From NCBI GenBank assembly GCA_964234715.1, contig OZ174282.1: DNA of 64,000 nt. One strand, given 5' to 3'. Under the pieces are notes generated by a model, which saw only the letters and a list, made by a program, of their open reading frames with translations, had not been told where the DNA came from and ran no database searches. The stretch comes from Podarcis melisellensis (Eukaryota). A program made the position numbers and the translations under genes. Shown piece after piece: positions 37,357 through 50,719 of this stretch; positions within the stretch are counted from its first letter, which is position 1; each line of letters starts with the position of its first letter.

Positions 37357-37562
37357 CAGTGGTACCTCGGGTTAAGTACTTAATTCGTTCTGGAGGTCTG
37401 TTCTTAACCTGAAGGCCTTCTGCTGCTGCCGCGCCGCCGGAGCACAATTTCTGTTCTCATCCTGAAGTAAAGTTCTGAACCTGAGGTACTATTTCTGGGT
37501 TAGTGGAGTCTGTAACCTTAAGCGTATGGAACCTGAAGCATATGTAACCCGAGGTACCACTG
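37357..37562. mobile_element. Same MITE family
   Basis: TIR CAGTGGTACCTCGGGTTA, TA TSD. Confidence 0.9.
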
Positions 37563-39689
37563 TAGATGCATTAGCAGGGAGTGAACAAGAACCATCTCAT
37601 GTTGTTTTGTCCCCAGGTTCTGGTAGTCATAAAACTGTTGTATTAACAACTGGGGATTTGTGTGCTTCTGCATCAAAAACTAAAGTAGTGACTTGCTTTT
37701 TGACAGCATATTAATCTGAATGTTTGATATGGGCTTCAGATCCAGGGTAAAGGGAAACTCCGGTTAGCTCCATTGCTGTTAACATCAGAAGTCAATGGCT
37801 TAACTACCATTAAGGGGGTGGGGGTGGAGATTTGCTCCAGGTAAAGGGGGGTGCCGTAGGGACAGGGGCATATAGTCAGGTCACATCTTAATGTGCATAA
37901 ACTTACTGAGACCTCTGGGTATGGGGTGGTATATAAATTCAGTTTTTAAAAAAATAATAATACACAATTTCAACTGTATGCCCTTGGCTGCATCTCCATT
38001 CCAGGATCTATTCCAGCCATTTTGATCTGCCATGCTTTCTCTCTCTGCCCTTCTCCGTCCTCCTCCCTTGCAGGTGGAGGAGTGAGGAGAGGCAGTGGGT
38101 ACACCAGGAAAGGGTGTCCCAGTGGAGCTTGCCAGACAGTAACCAGCCATGAAAAGGTCATTTTGGCAATACACAATTTTCACATAGGCATGCTACCCTT
38201 GGAACATAACCCCATCATGACTCGACTGTGTTCTTGAGGCTGGTTTCCAGTCATTTAAACAAGTTTAACATGAAGCCAGTGTTGCATCCATATGTTGGGC
38301 CCTGTGTGTTGGAAGAGCTATTGAAAGTAAAGTGGCTGCTTTGGTTCGATATATTTGTGTGTGTGTGTGTGTGTGTTATGATGATATCAGAGATACTTTC
38401 TGGCATGTTGAGATTGGTAGCTATTTTGGAGCACTGAGATAAGAAAACAACAACACAAGGGAGAGTCCTTGGGCAGCTGCTGGATCCTTCATCTGATTGC
38501 CGTGGGACTAGCTGACATTCTTACGAAAAGGCATTTTTATTTATAACATGCAACAACAGGAAGGAAGTCAGGCAGAATGATCCGGCTCCATTTGCAGAAT
38601 GGCAAATGCTTTGCCGCAGCAGAGGCTGTGCAAAGGAATTTGTCTTCATATAGTATGGAGGATCCCCAAGTGCTGTGCCAACATTGTACTAGTACTGTGG
38701 CAAAACTCTTGTTTTTTAGTGTGACTGAAGACAAGAGAAGGCCAGCTTTGTGTAACCTGGGGTTGCTACCTAGCTATGGACGATTGCAGTTAGTTTAATT
38801 GTGAATGAAACGATTTTATGATTACAGTCTCAAGGCATCCCTGAGTTGCTTTTATCCTTAAAGCTTCCCAGGGCAGGTTAACACGGGCTGCACCTGGTAT
38901 TGCGGAAACTTGTGCCTCCAGATCTTGCTGGACTACAACTCCCATCAATGTTCTTACTGATGCTGATGGGAGATGGAGTCCACCATCAGCTCAAAGTTCC
39001 CCACCTCAGGCTGGGCCGTTCCTTAGGTTGTGCTAAAATATTTCTCACTGAGGAACAAATTCGTATCCTAGGCCTGAATAAATGTTTTCGTTTTGTAGAC
39101 ACCAGCATTGAACAAGATCCCCCAGATATGTTGGCACCAGCATTGCCTGGGGCTCATTTTTTTTCAACCCTCTGTGATAAAACTGAAAGGACCTATGGTG
39201 TCTTCCCAAATATTCCCTGCCCTATACACTGGGAGGGAGAAAGACCCAGTTTGTCCATTGCTGGGTAATGTTGGTAGTTCAGATGGTGGGACTGAGGTGC
39301 CATGTTGCTTGAGCAAAGCAGAACGTCTTCCTATTTCCAGTTACTGTCCATCAACAAGAGAACATTTGTTCTATATTTGGATGACCCCACTGAAGGTCGG
39401 AGTAGACAGAAAAGATTCCAAGTGTGTCTCGATGGAAAACCTTGGTAGGCAGATACGAAGCAAAAAGCAAGTGGGCAGGCCACCAAGTGTTCTTGGGGTT
39501 TTTACGTATGTTGTGGAAATGAAGGAGCTTAATTAAAATAGTAATAATAATTTATTTAAAAACTTTAGAAACCACTCTTCCATAAAAGTGCAAAGGTCAA
39601 TATACAAAGAAATTTAAAGTTACAAAAAAACATTATAACACAAACCAATGGTACAGTGAAATCAAAACCATTCAACCAGCTAAAGATAA

Positions 39690-39804
39690 GGTAAAGGTAC
39701 CCCTGCCCGTACGGGCCAGTCTTGACAGACTCTAGGGTTGTGTGCTCATCTCACTCTAGAGGCCGGGAGCCAGCGCTGTCCGCAGACACTTCCGGGTCAC
39801 GTGG
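39690..39804 (-). mobile_element. Sauria SINE 3' fragment
   Basis: GGTAAAGGTACCCCTGCCCGTACGGGCC tail; flanking repeat AAAGATAAGGTAA. Confidence 0.85.
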
Positions 39805-40040
39805 GAAAGATAAGGTAATACAAAATGCCTAAGCAAATATAAACATTTAACCTGGTGCTGAAAAGAATACAGGGCCAATGCCAGGCATATCTTCCTCTGA
39901 AAAGCATTCCGCAATCAGGCGATCCCCAGAGAAAATATCTTTTTCCTTTGCACATAATGTACTTCCCCTAACAATGTAATACAGAAAAGGTTTTTAATAC
40001 ATAAAAACTCTCCCTTTCACCCTTACTATGTATGCTCTTA

Positions 40041-40395
40041 AGGGATGCGGGTGGCGCTGTGGGTTAAACCACAGAGCCTAGGGCTTGCCGATCAGAAGGT
40101 CAGCGGTTCAAATCCCTGCAACGGGGTGAGCTCCCATTGCTCGGTCCCTGCTCCTGCCAACCCAGCAGCTCGAAAGCACGTCAAAGTGCAAGTAGATAAA
40201 TAGGTACCACTCCGGCGGGAAGGTAAACGGCGTTTCCGTGTGCTGCTCTGGTTTGCCAGAAGCGGCTTAGTCATGCTGGCCACATGACCCGGAAGCTGTA
40301 CGCCGGCTCCCTCGGCCAGTAAAGCGAGATGAGCGCCGCAACCCCAGAGTTGGCCATGACTGGGCCTAATGGTCAGGGGTCTCATTACCATTACC
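40041..40395 (+). mobile_element. Sauria SINE, full length
   Basis: Highly similar to copies at 6315 and 47046; TSD ATGTATGCTCTT. Confidence 0.92.
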
Positions 40396-42540
40396 ATGTA
40401 TGCTCTTCTTTTTGGTGCTTTTGATCATTTTACATTTTAATCTTCACCAGATATGGTAAGTTTCGTTTATTGACCAAACTGTTGACCAAAACCCCAAGGC
40501 AACTCATAGCAATGTACAGAACCCTAGAGTTGCAGGGGTGGAAGGAACCCCAAGGTAATCTAGTCCAACCCCCTCCAATGCATCTGTTTCAGTGCAAACA
40601 ATATCTAGGCTGCCACAAACACCCTACCCTTGGCCAAATGACATAAGATAAAAAATGCCACCAAAGGCCTGACGGAATAATGTTTGATGTTCTATCACCA
40701 AAGAAGGGTCATCCAGGCATCTTGCAGCAGTTAATACCAGAGCCTGGGGCCATATTGGTGGAGGCCCTTGCATCAGGACTGGGATGTAGAGCAGGGCTTC
40801 CATCCACCGAGGACTGAAGTGTGCAAGCTTTGGTTTCAACTGAGGACATGAAGAGGTTAAGCAATGCCAACAGATGTCTGTCGGAGCTACCTATTGCTTT
40901 CCTACGACAGATGGGCTACCTGCTTTAAATGATGAGCCTTCCCAGTCTTACCTGTTGAAATCCAAGCACCATTTTCATAATTAATCCCCCACCCTCTCCT
41001 CCACCAGTCATCAGTGAATGTAACAAGCCTTTTCTGTTAAGCAGGCTGTAGACATTCCTTATAGCTTTATCTCTGATTTCAAAATGGGTCAGCGGCAGCA
41101 CAGGAAAGAAGAAACTCCCTTAGTAGAAGCTTCCACACTATTTTAGATTCACGTGGGGTTTAAGTTGTCCCCCCCCCCACTCACTCTCTCACTCATATTT
41201 ACCTCATTCTTCAATATATATATTTTAAGTTTCAGCAATGAAAGCTAAGTGAGATGGCTTTCTATTCTTGACAAATGTTCAAACTCTCTGTGTGTACGTG
41301 TGATATATAATTTTAATTACCAGCACTCTTCTGGGTCCATAAGTCAAGTCGCTAAAGCAAAAGGGATGTATTCATGCCATAATGGAAAGGATAAATTATC
41401 TTGACAGCAGCATGCAATTGCTTGGGCATCACAGAGGTCCTGTCATGTGTTATGTGAGAACTTTTCATGTCAAAGCCACATTGATAATTTATCAAGCGCC
41501 AAGCAAGAGCTCTAGAGTTCAAGGGAAGGGTGGTGGAAGAAAGGTGCTAGCTGAGTGTGATGTTGCCAACAGGTGTGGATCACAGAATTCTATGTAGATG
41601 GAGTGAAGGTGACTAAGGAAGGGGAGTTGTGTTGCCTTTCGATACCTAGGAAACCACAAATATCAAGGTTTATATAACAAGAGCTTCATTGTATGATCCT
41701 CTGTCCGCCCTTAATTTTAGATAGTGTGTATGTTAAGGGGAATGCAAGTTGAGTAGTTAATGTGCACAACAACCAGTCGCTGTGCCCATTCACCAGCCCT
41801 CATGGAGAATATGCATATAATCCTTCCATGAAGAGGGAAACATGCACATTTCCCCATCTGTATACATAATCTCCAGCAGGCCTTGGGAAATGTGTATCTA
41901 TCAATTGAATTCTGTACATTTTCCAGCTATGGAATAGCCTCGAGGAATGTGCATATCTCAGCTGAATTTTGTACATTCTCTGGGTAACATGCAAATATTC
42001 TCCAGTCAATATGCATAGTCTCCACAAAACATGTTTCCCCACTCTGCATTTCTTGTTCAGAAATTGTGCAGCATACACCCCCTGGGCTGCTTCTGGCCCA
42101 CTGCTTAATCTTACATGGCCAACAACCTACCCTGTCATTGATCAGCCAAGCAGCAGGAAGGGGCAGGAAGGGAGGCCTCCAGATAAATATTAACTTTGTT
42201 TTGCTCTTCCGTACTGTGCCAGCCTGTGCCAGAAATGGCAGTGGGTGGGATCAGAGGTACTTCACACTCCTTCTTCCCCAGCCCTCTTCTCTGCTGAGTA
42301 ACTCTTCCTCAACATCACATTGTCCTTTCTGCACTGGTCTTTCATCAGTTATAGGAGAGTACTGTAGAACTGCCTTCCATTCAAATGCACTATCATATAG
42401 TAAAACTAGACTATGCAAGTATCTCACTAACTGAATTAGGTTTAGTTACAGATAGGTAGCCGTGCTGGTCTGCCATAGTCAAAACAAAATAAAAAAATTC
42501 CTTCCAGTAGCATCTTAAAGACCAACTAAGTTAGTTCTTG

Positions 42541-42578
42541 GTATGAGCTTTCGTGTGCATGCACACTTCTTCAGATAC
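42541..42578 (-). ncRNA. Second hammerhead motif (identical antisense copy)
   Basis: Exact reverse complement of 42771-42808. Confidence 0.72.
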
Positions 42579-42770
42579 ACTGAAACAGAAGTCACCAGAC
42601 CCTTTTATATAGTGAAAAAGCTTTTTCCTGTAAGACCTATTGCAGTCGTTAAGAGTCGTCAACAGGCTCATCACAGCTATCTGCCAATCACCCATTCCCA
42701 CCACCCTTCTGAGTAATACCCCTCCCCACCTTCTCACTATATAGAAGGGTCTGGTGATTTCTGTTTCAGT

Positions 42771-42808
42771 GTATCTGAAGAAGTGTGCATGCACACGAAA
42801 GCTCATAC
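42771..42808 (+). ncRNA. Minimal type I hammerhead ribozyme motif (PLE type)
   Basis: GTAT-CTGAAGA-A-GTGTG(CATG)CACAC-GAAA-GC-TC-ATAC: conserved core, stem II, stem I GTAT/ATAC, palindromic AGCT mini-stem III. Confidence 0.75.
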
Positions 42809-45800
42809 CAAGAACTAACTTAGTTGGTCTTTAAGGTGCTACTGGAAGGAATTTTTTTATTTTGTTTTGAATTAGGTTTGCACACACAAGCGACTTTCCT
42901 TATTTTTTAGGGCAAGAAACTAAAATCAGTTTTCCTTTGAAGCCTTATCTTAATATACAGCCCAGTGTATACGGCATGGACCAACTCAAGGGTTGTCCAA
43001 CCCGCTCCGAGGCATACAGAAATTAGTGAGTCTTTGTTTTGGTGAAATGGAGGGTGCTTGACTTCAGACATGCTGGAACTCTGCTTCAGCCACACCCACA
43101 AATTAAATCCCCCTCCCTCATTACATTAATTACAGGATTTTCTTTTCTATGCACTGCATGTTCACTTTGAGTGCCAGCCCTACTCCTTCAAGTTAGAATG
43201 TTGTTTTGGAATGTAATGGATACTGCAGGCTGCTTTCTGGAAAGCTGTGCTGCTTTTTAGGAAACGGATCTCATTTTAAAGATGACTGGTGCCATGCACC
43301 TCCATAAAGACAGTTTGTTTCCTTCATTCAGCATCATTCTGCTGTTTCCTCTGTACTACATTAGTTGGGCTTTTGCCTTCTGCTTTAACTGAAGCTTCTG
43401 GCAGCAACTCAGGAAAGCAAAAGAAAGCTTGGAAATGATTAAGAAGTTCCTTTTTGCAAACACTGTGAAGAGCAGCAGTGCCTTATGAATAGATTTAACG
43501 TTTTATTTCAAGTTTTGGTCATCCACCTGCCCTTAGGTGGGCATAAGCAGTTGCAGAAGCATGTACGGTAGTGTTTTATCTTGGTGCCCCAAAGCCTGGG
43601 ATTCTTAGGGCAGTTCTGCACAATACCTGACATGAGGTGGTAAAATGACGCGGTAGTATTCTGAGTGGTATCCACTCTGATTACAGGTATATTTTGTGTG
43701 TGTGTGGATTGCTCATAATTTTGGATGCTCCTTTACAGAGAAAAACTCCTTATAGTCAACTTGCATCATAAGAGAACATAAGAAGAGCTATGCTGGATCT
43801 GGCCCAACGCCTTTCTAGTCCAGCCTTCTGTTCCCATAGTGGCCAGCCAGACGTCTCTGGTAAACTCATAAGCAAAACATGAGCACAGTGTCACACTCTC
43901 TCCCATGTTTCCCAGCAATTGGTATTTAGATCCATGGCACCTCTTAATACTGAATACAGTCCTCATTGTTAGTAGTAATTAACCAGAGAGAGAATTATGC
44001 AGGGAATCTCTGGCCCTCCTGGTGTGCTTGCTGGAATTGATGGAAATTGTAGCCTAGCATCATCTGAAGGGCCAAAGTTTCCCCACACCTATGCTAAAGC
44101 TTCTTCTCTGGTGTGTGAGTTTACCAAATGCAGGTAATGTTTAATGTGGGAGAGCCTTTGAAAATGTAAACTTGTTGAGGCGTATACCGAGTGCCCATTC
44201 AACATGCCAGTGGAGTGTGCCAATGGAACAGAAAAAAGCACCAGACAGTTTGGGTAGGGTCGGTTCCATTACTGACAGTATAATGCACTTCCACAGCTTA
44301 GCAGTTACGTACTGGTGTAGTATACAGTCTTTACAGCAGTCTTTCCAGTCTCCTTGCAGTTTTCCAACACAGAGTAGGCTCTGGCCAAAGGCAAAGGCCA
44401 AGAGCAAGCTTGCTTCAAACACAAGTATATTTATACTTTAGATTATGCTGAGTCACTCTCACATGCTTGCTGGCTCACTCTCACATGCATACTGGTTTAG
44501 GCTTGCCATATTTTGAAAGGTGGAAATCCGGACACAAAAGTTGTTGAGCAAAATCTCAGAAAAAGAGGAATTTTTTTAGCTGTTTTAACGGAAAGCTGCC
44601 AAAATCTACACTACCAACATGGGTTGCCATATGTCCGGATTTTCCCGGACATTTAAGCGATTCTCACCCAGGCAGTTTCCCACGGCCGAATCCCGGCTGT
44701 GTCTGGGAAATTCTGGGTGCATGGCCACCCTAAAGTAGTTGCAGGTGCAGGACAAACACACCCCAAATTAACCAGCAAACCTAACTTTTACTTGTCCTTT
44801 TTCTCTGCATAAATAAGCCCTTATACATTAACAAAACTCTGCTCTCATCAGGAATGGTACAGAATTCCACTATCCCATTATTCTAAAAAAAAATTTAAAA
44901 TGTACTTAAATTGTATATCAGTGTTTTTAAACAAAAGGATCTACTTTTTTACAAAAAATTCCCTATCCTTGCCCTCTCACCAGCATATGCTCATTTACCT
45001 ACCTAGCCTGAAGCTTATCCCTCCCTGCATAAAGGATATGAGAGAGGGAAAAGAGAGAGAAGGAAAGGTGGAGGGGAGAAAATAAGAGAGAAAAGCCTTG
45101 ACTAACACGCATGTTGAAAACAGAGCCCAAATCACTGGGTTGCAGCAACGTTGAGACTGATCCAAACATTATAGTGCAAAGACTTCCAGAAAAGCAGGCT
45201 CACGTAACTTGCAATTTCTCAGATGCTGTATTTCTTTAAGGTGCCTCAACACTTTTTCATGTTTGGGCTGCCGCAGACAACCACAACTACCCCTCTGGAA
45301 GTGGCGCTTCTCTTCAAAGCAATCTGCTAATTATTTGCAAGGTGCAGCATATCTTCCACGCAGGAGTCTTAGACTCCCAACATCGCCTGTGATGTGAAGG
45401 TCAGCTCTGAGAACGTGCCTAGAATTAAACGGGCAAGTCCTTGTGCCATCGGCCACCTAATGGCCCCACACTCCTAAATAATTCACCAAGTGACCGCTTG
45501 AAACAAGTGTCATATTGTGAGCGCTTGTAAGCTCCAGTGTTCACCTTGAAACACAGCAGGAACCAGAGTGGAGTGCCCATTTTAATTTATCCTTAATTAA
45601 CATCCCGTTACTCAAGTGACAGTGGCAATTTTGCTTGGTGGCTGTTTGACAGAGAAATAAGCAAAGGGAGGTGCTTGGAGTGTCAGTGTTTGTATCAGTG
45701 ACACTGGCTCATCCTTTAATGGATGGTAAATTACCCTGCTGTGTCCTTCTTGATAGCCTCAACAGAGATCCATGCTTGCAAGCACTCAACCAGAATAAGA

Positions 45801-47045
45801 GCTAGTGACTTAACTGCGTCCCTCCTAGCTGTGTACAGTCAAAGTCGTTTCTCGAATCTGATGCGCTTTAATTTCCCTTTTCACCCTAAATTTTCACATG
45901 TACCCATTTAAAAGTCATTTTAAAAAACAGCAATTGATTATTTACACTTGGATTTTGGAGCGTTGCTTACCCTTTACTCCGCTCATTTGGCTTCTGCCCA
46001 TTCCACTTCCTTCAGTTGAGCACACTCAGAAAATAGGGCAGGGTTAGACTTTATATGGGCAGCTCTACTGTCCAATCACAAGTGCAATTTAGTTTCACTC
46101 CTACCTTCTCACTGGCTGTTGATTCTCCTGCTCTCAACCAGGAGAGGATGATAATTATAATAATAATGGGAGGTAACCAGCTCAGAGTAGACCCACTGAA
46201 ATTAATGGCCTATGTCCATTCATCTGAATGGGTTTACTTGGAGTGGAGCTAACATTGGCTACAACCCAGGGAATAATAGAATCAGAGATTAAGATAAAAC
46301 TTTGCACTTATATGGCATATTGCAATTGTTCAAAGCACCATGCATGTCTATTCTTTTAAACAGAGATGCTAGACATCAAGCTGGAAGACCTTCTGTAGGA
46401 AAAGTATCTACCACTGATCTATTGTCTCTCCCTGAGCCTCTCTTCTGCCTTGAGAATTGAAGTTCAGGTGGTGGCACTTAGGGAGCTCTAGCAGAGAATT
46501 CTTCCCATCCTTATAAAACTGAAATTCTGAGGAATGTGCCATGAGGGAATAACAGCAGTGAAAGAAATGGAGAACCTGTATACATTTGGTGTGCCTTCCT
46601 CTGTTCTGTGGAATAGCATTCCTGTCAAGATACAACAGGCACCGTCTGTCTACACTTTCTGAAAACAATTGGAAGGACATTTTTGTTCTGACAGGCTCTC
46701 CCAGCTGGAGAAATGGGTCTTTGCCATGAGCATCTATTTTGTGTTGTTTCAGATTTGTTTTAACTGTATTGGCTGTTCTTTGTGTTTTAAATGGTGTTTT
46801 TTTGTTGTTGCTGTTTTTATTGTATATCACCTTCAGACTGTTGTGTAGATGGCTGTTAATAAATAATATTAATAAAATAAAAGCGGGAAGTGTACTTATG
46901 CCTTCGTTTTCTCCTTCTCCTCTTCCCACACCCTGGTCTCTTTTGGACAGAAATAAAAAAGAGGAAGCTTGTGGTGCCACTAGTGTGACTCTCTTGTGGG
47001 TCCACTCCTTGATGGCCAAAGGTTTTTTTTTTTAAGTGTAGCTAT

Positions 47046-47400
47046 GGGACGCGGGTGGCGTTGTGGGTTAAACCACAGAGCCTAGGACTTGCCGATCAGA
47101 AGGTCGGCGGTTCGAATCCCCGTGATGGGGTGAGCTCCCATTGCTCGGTCCCTGCTCCTGCCCACCTAGCAGTTCGAAATCACGAAGTGCAAGTAGATAA
47201 ATAGGTACCGCTCCGGTGGGAAGGTAAACGGTGTTTCCGTGCGCTGCTCTGATTCACCGGAAGCGGCTTAGTCATGCTGGCCACATGATCCGGAAGCTGT
47301 CTGCGGACAAACACCGGCTCCCTCGGCTAATAAAGCGAGATGAGCGCTGCAACCCCAGAGTCGGTCACAACTGGACCTAATGGTCAGGGGTCCTTTACCT
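47046..47400 (+). mobile_element. Sauria SINE, full length
   Basis: GGGACGCGGGTGGCG head through GGTCAGGGGTCCTTTACCT tail. Confidence 0.92.
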
Positions 47401-47557
47401 ATTTTTTTTTTTTAATTACCGCCAAGTGTCTTCTAAAATATAACTAAATATAACTGTTAGAGAATGTTAGAGAATGTAACTGCATATGTAGCTGTAACTA
47501 CGGTCATACTTTCTGAGAGGAATTAAATTTGCAAATCTTTTCCATTTGCTTTTTAAG

Positions 47558-47708
47558 GTCTTGGATCCTGAGCAAAACCACAGCTTCACAGACCATTACT
47601 TAAACGTAGCCTTTGACTTGTCCCAAGTACTTTTCATCGCCACAGCCAACACGACTGCCACCATCCCACCTGCTTTGCTGGATAGAATGGAGATCATCCA
47701 AGTTCCAG
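47558..47708 (+). CDS. LONP2: LONP2 exon 9 (151 bp)
   Basis: ttttaag/gtgatg; [50 protein letters not shown] (sensor 1, Arg finger). Confidence 0.97.
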
Positions 47709-47953
47709 GTGATGTAGAACTGACCAGGGTGTGGGTGCTGTTAAGGCAGGATGTATCAATGATTCCTGCTGCTTGTTGGCGCTGCCTGCCATATTTCTAT
47801 ATCATAGATGGCCACTGCTGGTATCTTCTCCCATCTCGCTCTCTTTCCAGCTGAGGCTAAAACTTCATTTCCTTTAAAAATCTGGCTTTGTATGTGACTT
47901 CTGATCTGAGTTCAATATCCTAGTTCTTCTAAAGGATGTGTCTTGTTTCAAAG

Positions 47954-48080
47954 GATACACGCAAGAAGAGAAGATAGAAATCGCACATCGCCACTTGATT
48001 CCAAAGCAGCTTGAGCAACATGGACTGACTCCTCAGCAGATTCAGATTCCTCAAGATGCGACCCTGGCAATCATCACCCG
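47954..48080 (+). CDS. LONP2: LONP2 exon 10 (127 bp)
   Basis: aaag/gtaatt; (G)YTQEEKIEIAHRHLIPKQLEQHGLTPQQIQIPQDATLAIIT(R). Confidence 0.95.
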
Positions 48081-48101
48081 GTAATTTTAAAAAGGTATTT
48101 A

Positions 48102-48351
48102 CAGTCGTACCTTGGAAGCCAAACGGAATCTGTTCCAGAAGTCCGTTCCACTTCCAAAATGTTCGGAAACCAAAGTGCGGCTTCTGATTGGCTGCAGGAA
48201 GCTCCTGCAGCCAATCAGAAGCCGCAGAAGCCCTGTCGGACATTCGGGTTCCAAAGAACGTTCACAAACCGGAACACTCACTTTTGGGTTTGCGGTGTTC
48301 AGGAGCCAAAACATCCGAGTACCAAGGCGTTCAGCTTCTAAGGTACGACTG
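48102..48351. mobile_element. Tigger-like MITE, second family
   Basis: TIR CAGTCGTACCTT/AAGGTACGACTG, TA TSD, internal palindrome CTTCTGATTGGCTGCAGGA..TCCTGCAGCCAATCAGAAG. Confidence 0.88.
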
Positions 48352-48808
48352 TATGTGTTTATTTTGCTCTTTGGTACATTTAGTTGCTCTGCTCCGTTCT
48401 TGCAGCTGCCTAGGAAAATCGATAAGTTTAGGTTTACATTGAAAATGTTGTTCCATGGCACCTGGATTCATTCCTGCCAGGATGGGGGCTGTGTGGCCCT
48501 CCAGATGTTGTTGGACTCCAACTCCCATCATCTCTAGCCATTCTGCAAGCTGGCTGGGGCTGATGGGAGTTGGAGTCCAACAATACAAGGAGAGCCACAG
48601 ATTCCTCATCCCTTCATTAGGACGCAATAATGTCCAACGAAGCCTTTACCCCATATCTTTTTGCACATTAAAACCATTCATAGAAATATGTTCCCCGAAC
48701 TAAGAGATAACTTTCCTTGTTGTGGAACAGGGCCCTTAGACAGATCCAGGATTGTGTCAATTTAGACGGGCACTGAAAAGGACAATCTTGGCTGCTTCTT
48801 TGTACTAG

Positions 48809-48942
48809 ATACACCCGGGAGGCAGGAGTCCGCTCTTTGGATCGCAAATTTGGAGCCATTTGCCGAGCAGTTGCCGTGAAAGTGGCAGAAGGCCAGCACA
48901 AGGAGGCAAAGCCAGATCGCTCTGAAGTGACAGAAGGAGGAG
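48809..48942 (+). CDS. LONP2: LONP2 exon 11 (134 bp)
   Basis: ctag/gtttgt; YTREAGVRSLDRKFGAICRAVAVKVAEGQHKEAKPDRSEVTEGG. Confidence 0.95.
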
Positions 48943-50719
48943 GTTTGTGTGCCTTTTATATCCTTCTGCCAGTCGCAAGCCTTTGCCAGCTCTCTGGCTT
49001 GGAAGGTTGCCCAAGGAAGGGGGCCGTCAACATTTCCGAGTTTGTAGATTTGCATATGTTTTGTCCTCGACTGAAATAAATATGCAGCGTTTTTCATTTC
49101 GATTGCTCATGATGAGCGATAGAATTATTTGCAGTGCATCTCTGGGGAGAAAGGAAAACTCAAGCCAAGTTTGTGGCTGAGAAATGGGCGCACAGTGAGG
49201 ACTGACTGCTCAGACCATGTTTTGAACTGTGAAGCCGTTAATGATTTGGGGCTAGCATCCTTGAGAAGCTGTTCCTGTCCTGTATCCTGTTATGTTCCCC
49301 CGTAGCAAGTGCTATCCAAAAAGGCAGGGAGAAAAAGAGGAGTTTCCAGAGAGCTGTCCGCAGTTATTGAGTACCTGGATACACTATAGAGCCTGAGCAG
49401 TCACCCTTTGCTGCTTGGGTGATGTTGGGAGTTTGGAGATAACATGGGAAGGAACAGTTAAGGATACAGATAAACCAGCATCGCCAGGCCCCTCTGGTGT
49501 GATGAATAAGGTTCCAGCAATAACAGAAGCATCAGCTATGCTGTGATGCGGTCATGTGAAAAAGAGGCCCTGAGTCCTCTTGCCAGAGCAATGTGGCCAG
49601 ATCATTTCCTGTAACAGTAGCACCAAAAGGATTTCTGCATAGAGCAGGGGTGGGGCACCTTATTCAGCCCAAGGGCCAGATTTGTTTCTGGGCAACCTTT
49701 CAGGAGCCACATGCCAGTGGTGGGGGGTGGTGCAGAGGCAAAAGTGGGCGGAGCAACGAATGTGAATTTTACCTTGATATAATGGGATGGTTTCCTACAC
49801 ACACTCACACACCCCTCTCTGCCCTCGATGTAGACAAGTAAGAGGCATGATTAGAATTGAAGGATGCGTTCCATCCAGGCCAAAACACTTGAGGGTGCAA
49901 AGTAGGGCAGTGAAGGGGGTGGCTTGGGAGAGTCTTGAGGGCTGGGTAAGAGGCCTGGCAGGCTCTAACTGAGCCCCAGACCTGAAGCTCCTCATCCCCG
50001 ACATAGAGTATTAAAAGCAACAAGAAGTGATCAGCAACAGTAGATCTTTACCTTTGACTCCAGTGAATATTTACTCGTGGGTTATGATTCTGCTATTCAG
50101 AAATCCTTTAAAAGCTTGCATGAAATCACCGACATGCTGTTGTCAAGGAGGAGGCCATTAGTACTACAACTGGGCATACCTGCTATAAACCGCCTACACA
50201 ACAAACATAATCAGGGGCTGCAGTCTTGCTGATGAGTCAGATGCTTCTGTGTTGGTTGGCAGACTTAAATATGATCATCTAGCACTCGCTTCTTGTCTGA
50301 GTGATAGCAAAAAGACATTATGGAGAACTCTTCACCATTCTACCTACCACATGGCAGTTTAAAGGCATGTTTTTCGAGGCATCTGTGCAGTGTAGAATAG
50401 CCTTGCGCCCTTGAACTTTTACCTCATTTCCAGGTTTCTTTACCAGCTTGTGGCGGGGGCTTCATTGGCAGCTGAGTTGTTGATACAGTGATTGCCAGCT
50501 AAGGGTTTTATGCCAATTTCTTTTTTTCAGATCTGAGAACAGGGGAGACCCAGATGTCTGTACAAGCTTTTCATACTCCCCCCCCCACAAAGCAGCCCTC
50601 TGTTTACTGTTTTGTTATTAATCATCAGAAATAAAATTGAACAGTTAATACACCTTTTAAAAAGATAATGTACCACTGATATCTTACATGGCATGTGCAC
50701 TCAGATGCTGACACTCTGC

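Larger units (their letters stand above)
42444..42870. mobile_element. Penelope-like element pLTR fragment as inverted repeat
   Basis: 137-bp inverted arms 42479-42615 and 42734-42870; flanking direct repeat TGAATTAGGTTT (42432-42443, 42868-42879); PLE-type terminus GTTGGTCTTTAAGGTGCTAC. Confidence 0.8.

Noticed and set aside
46408-47035. 203-aa and 98-aa ORFs in intron 8
   Set aside because: Low-complexity, overlap an L2-like 3' tail, no protein motif
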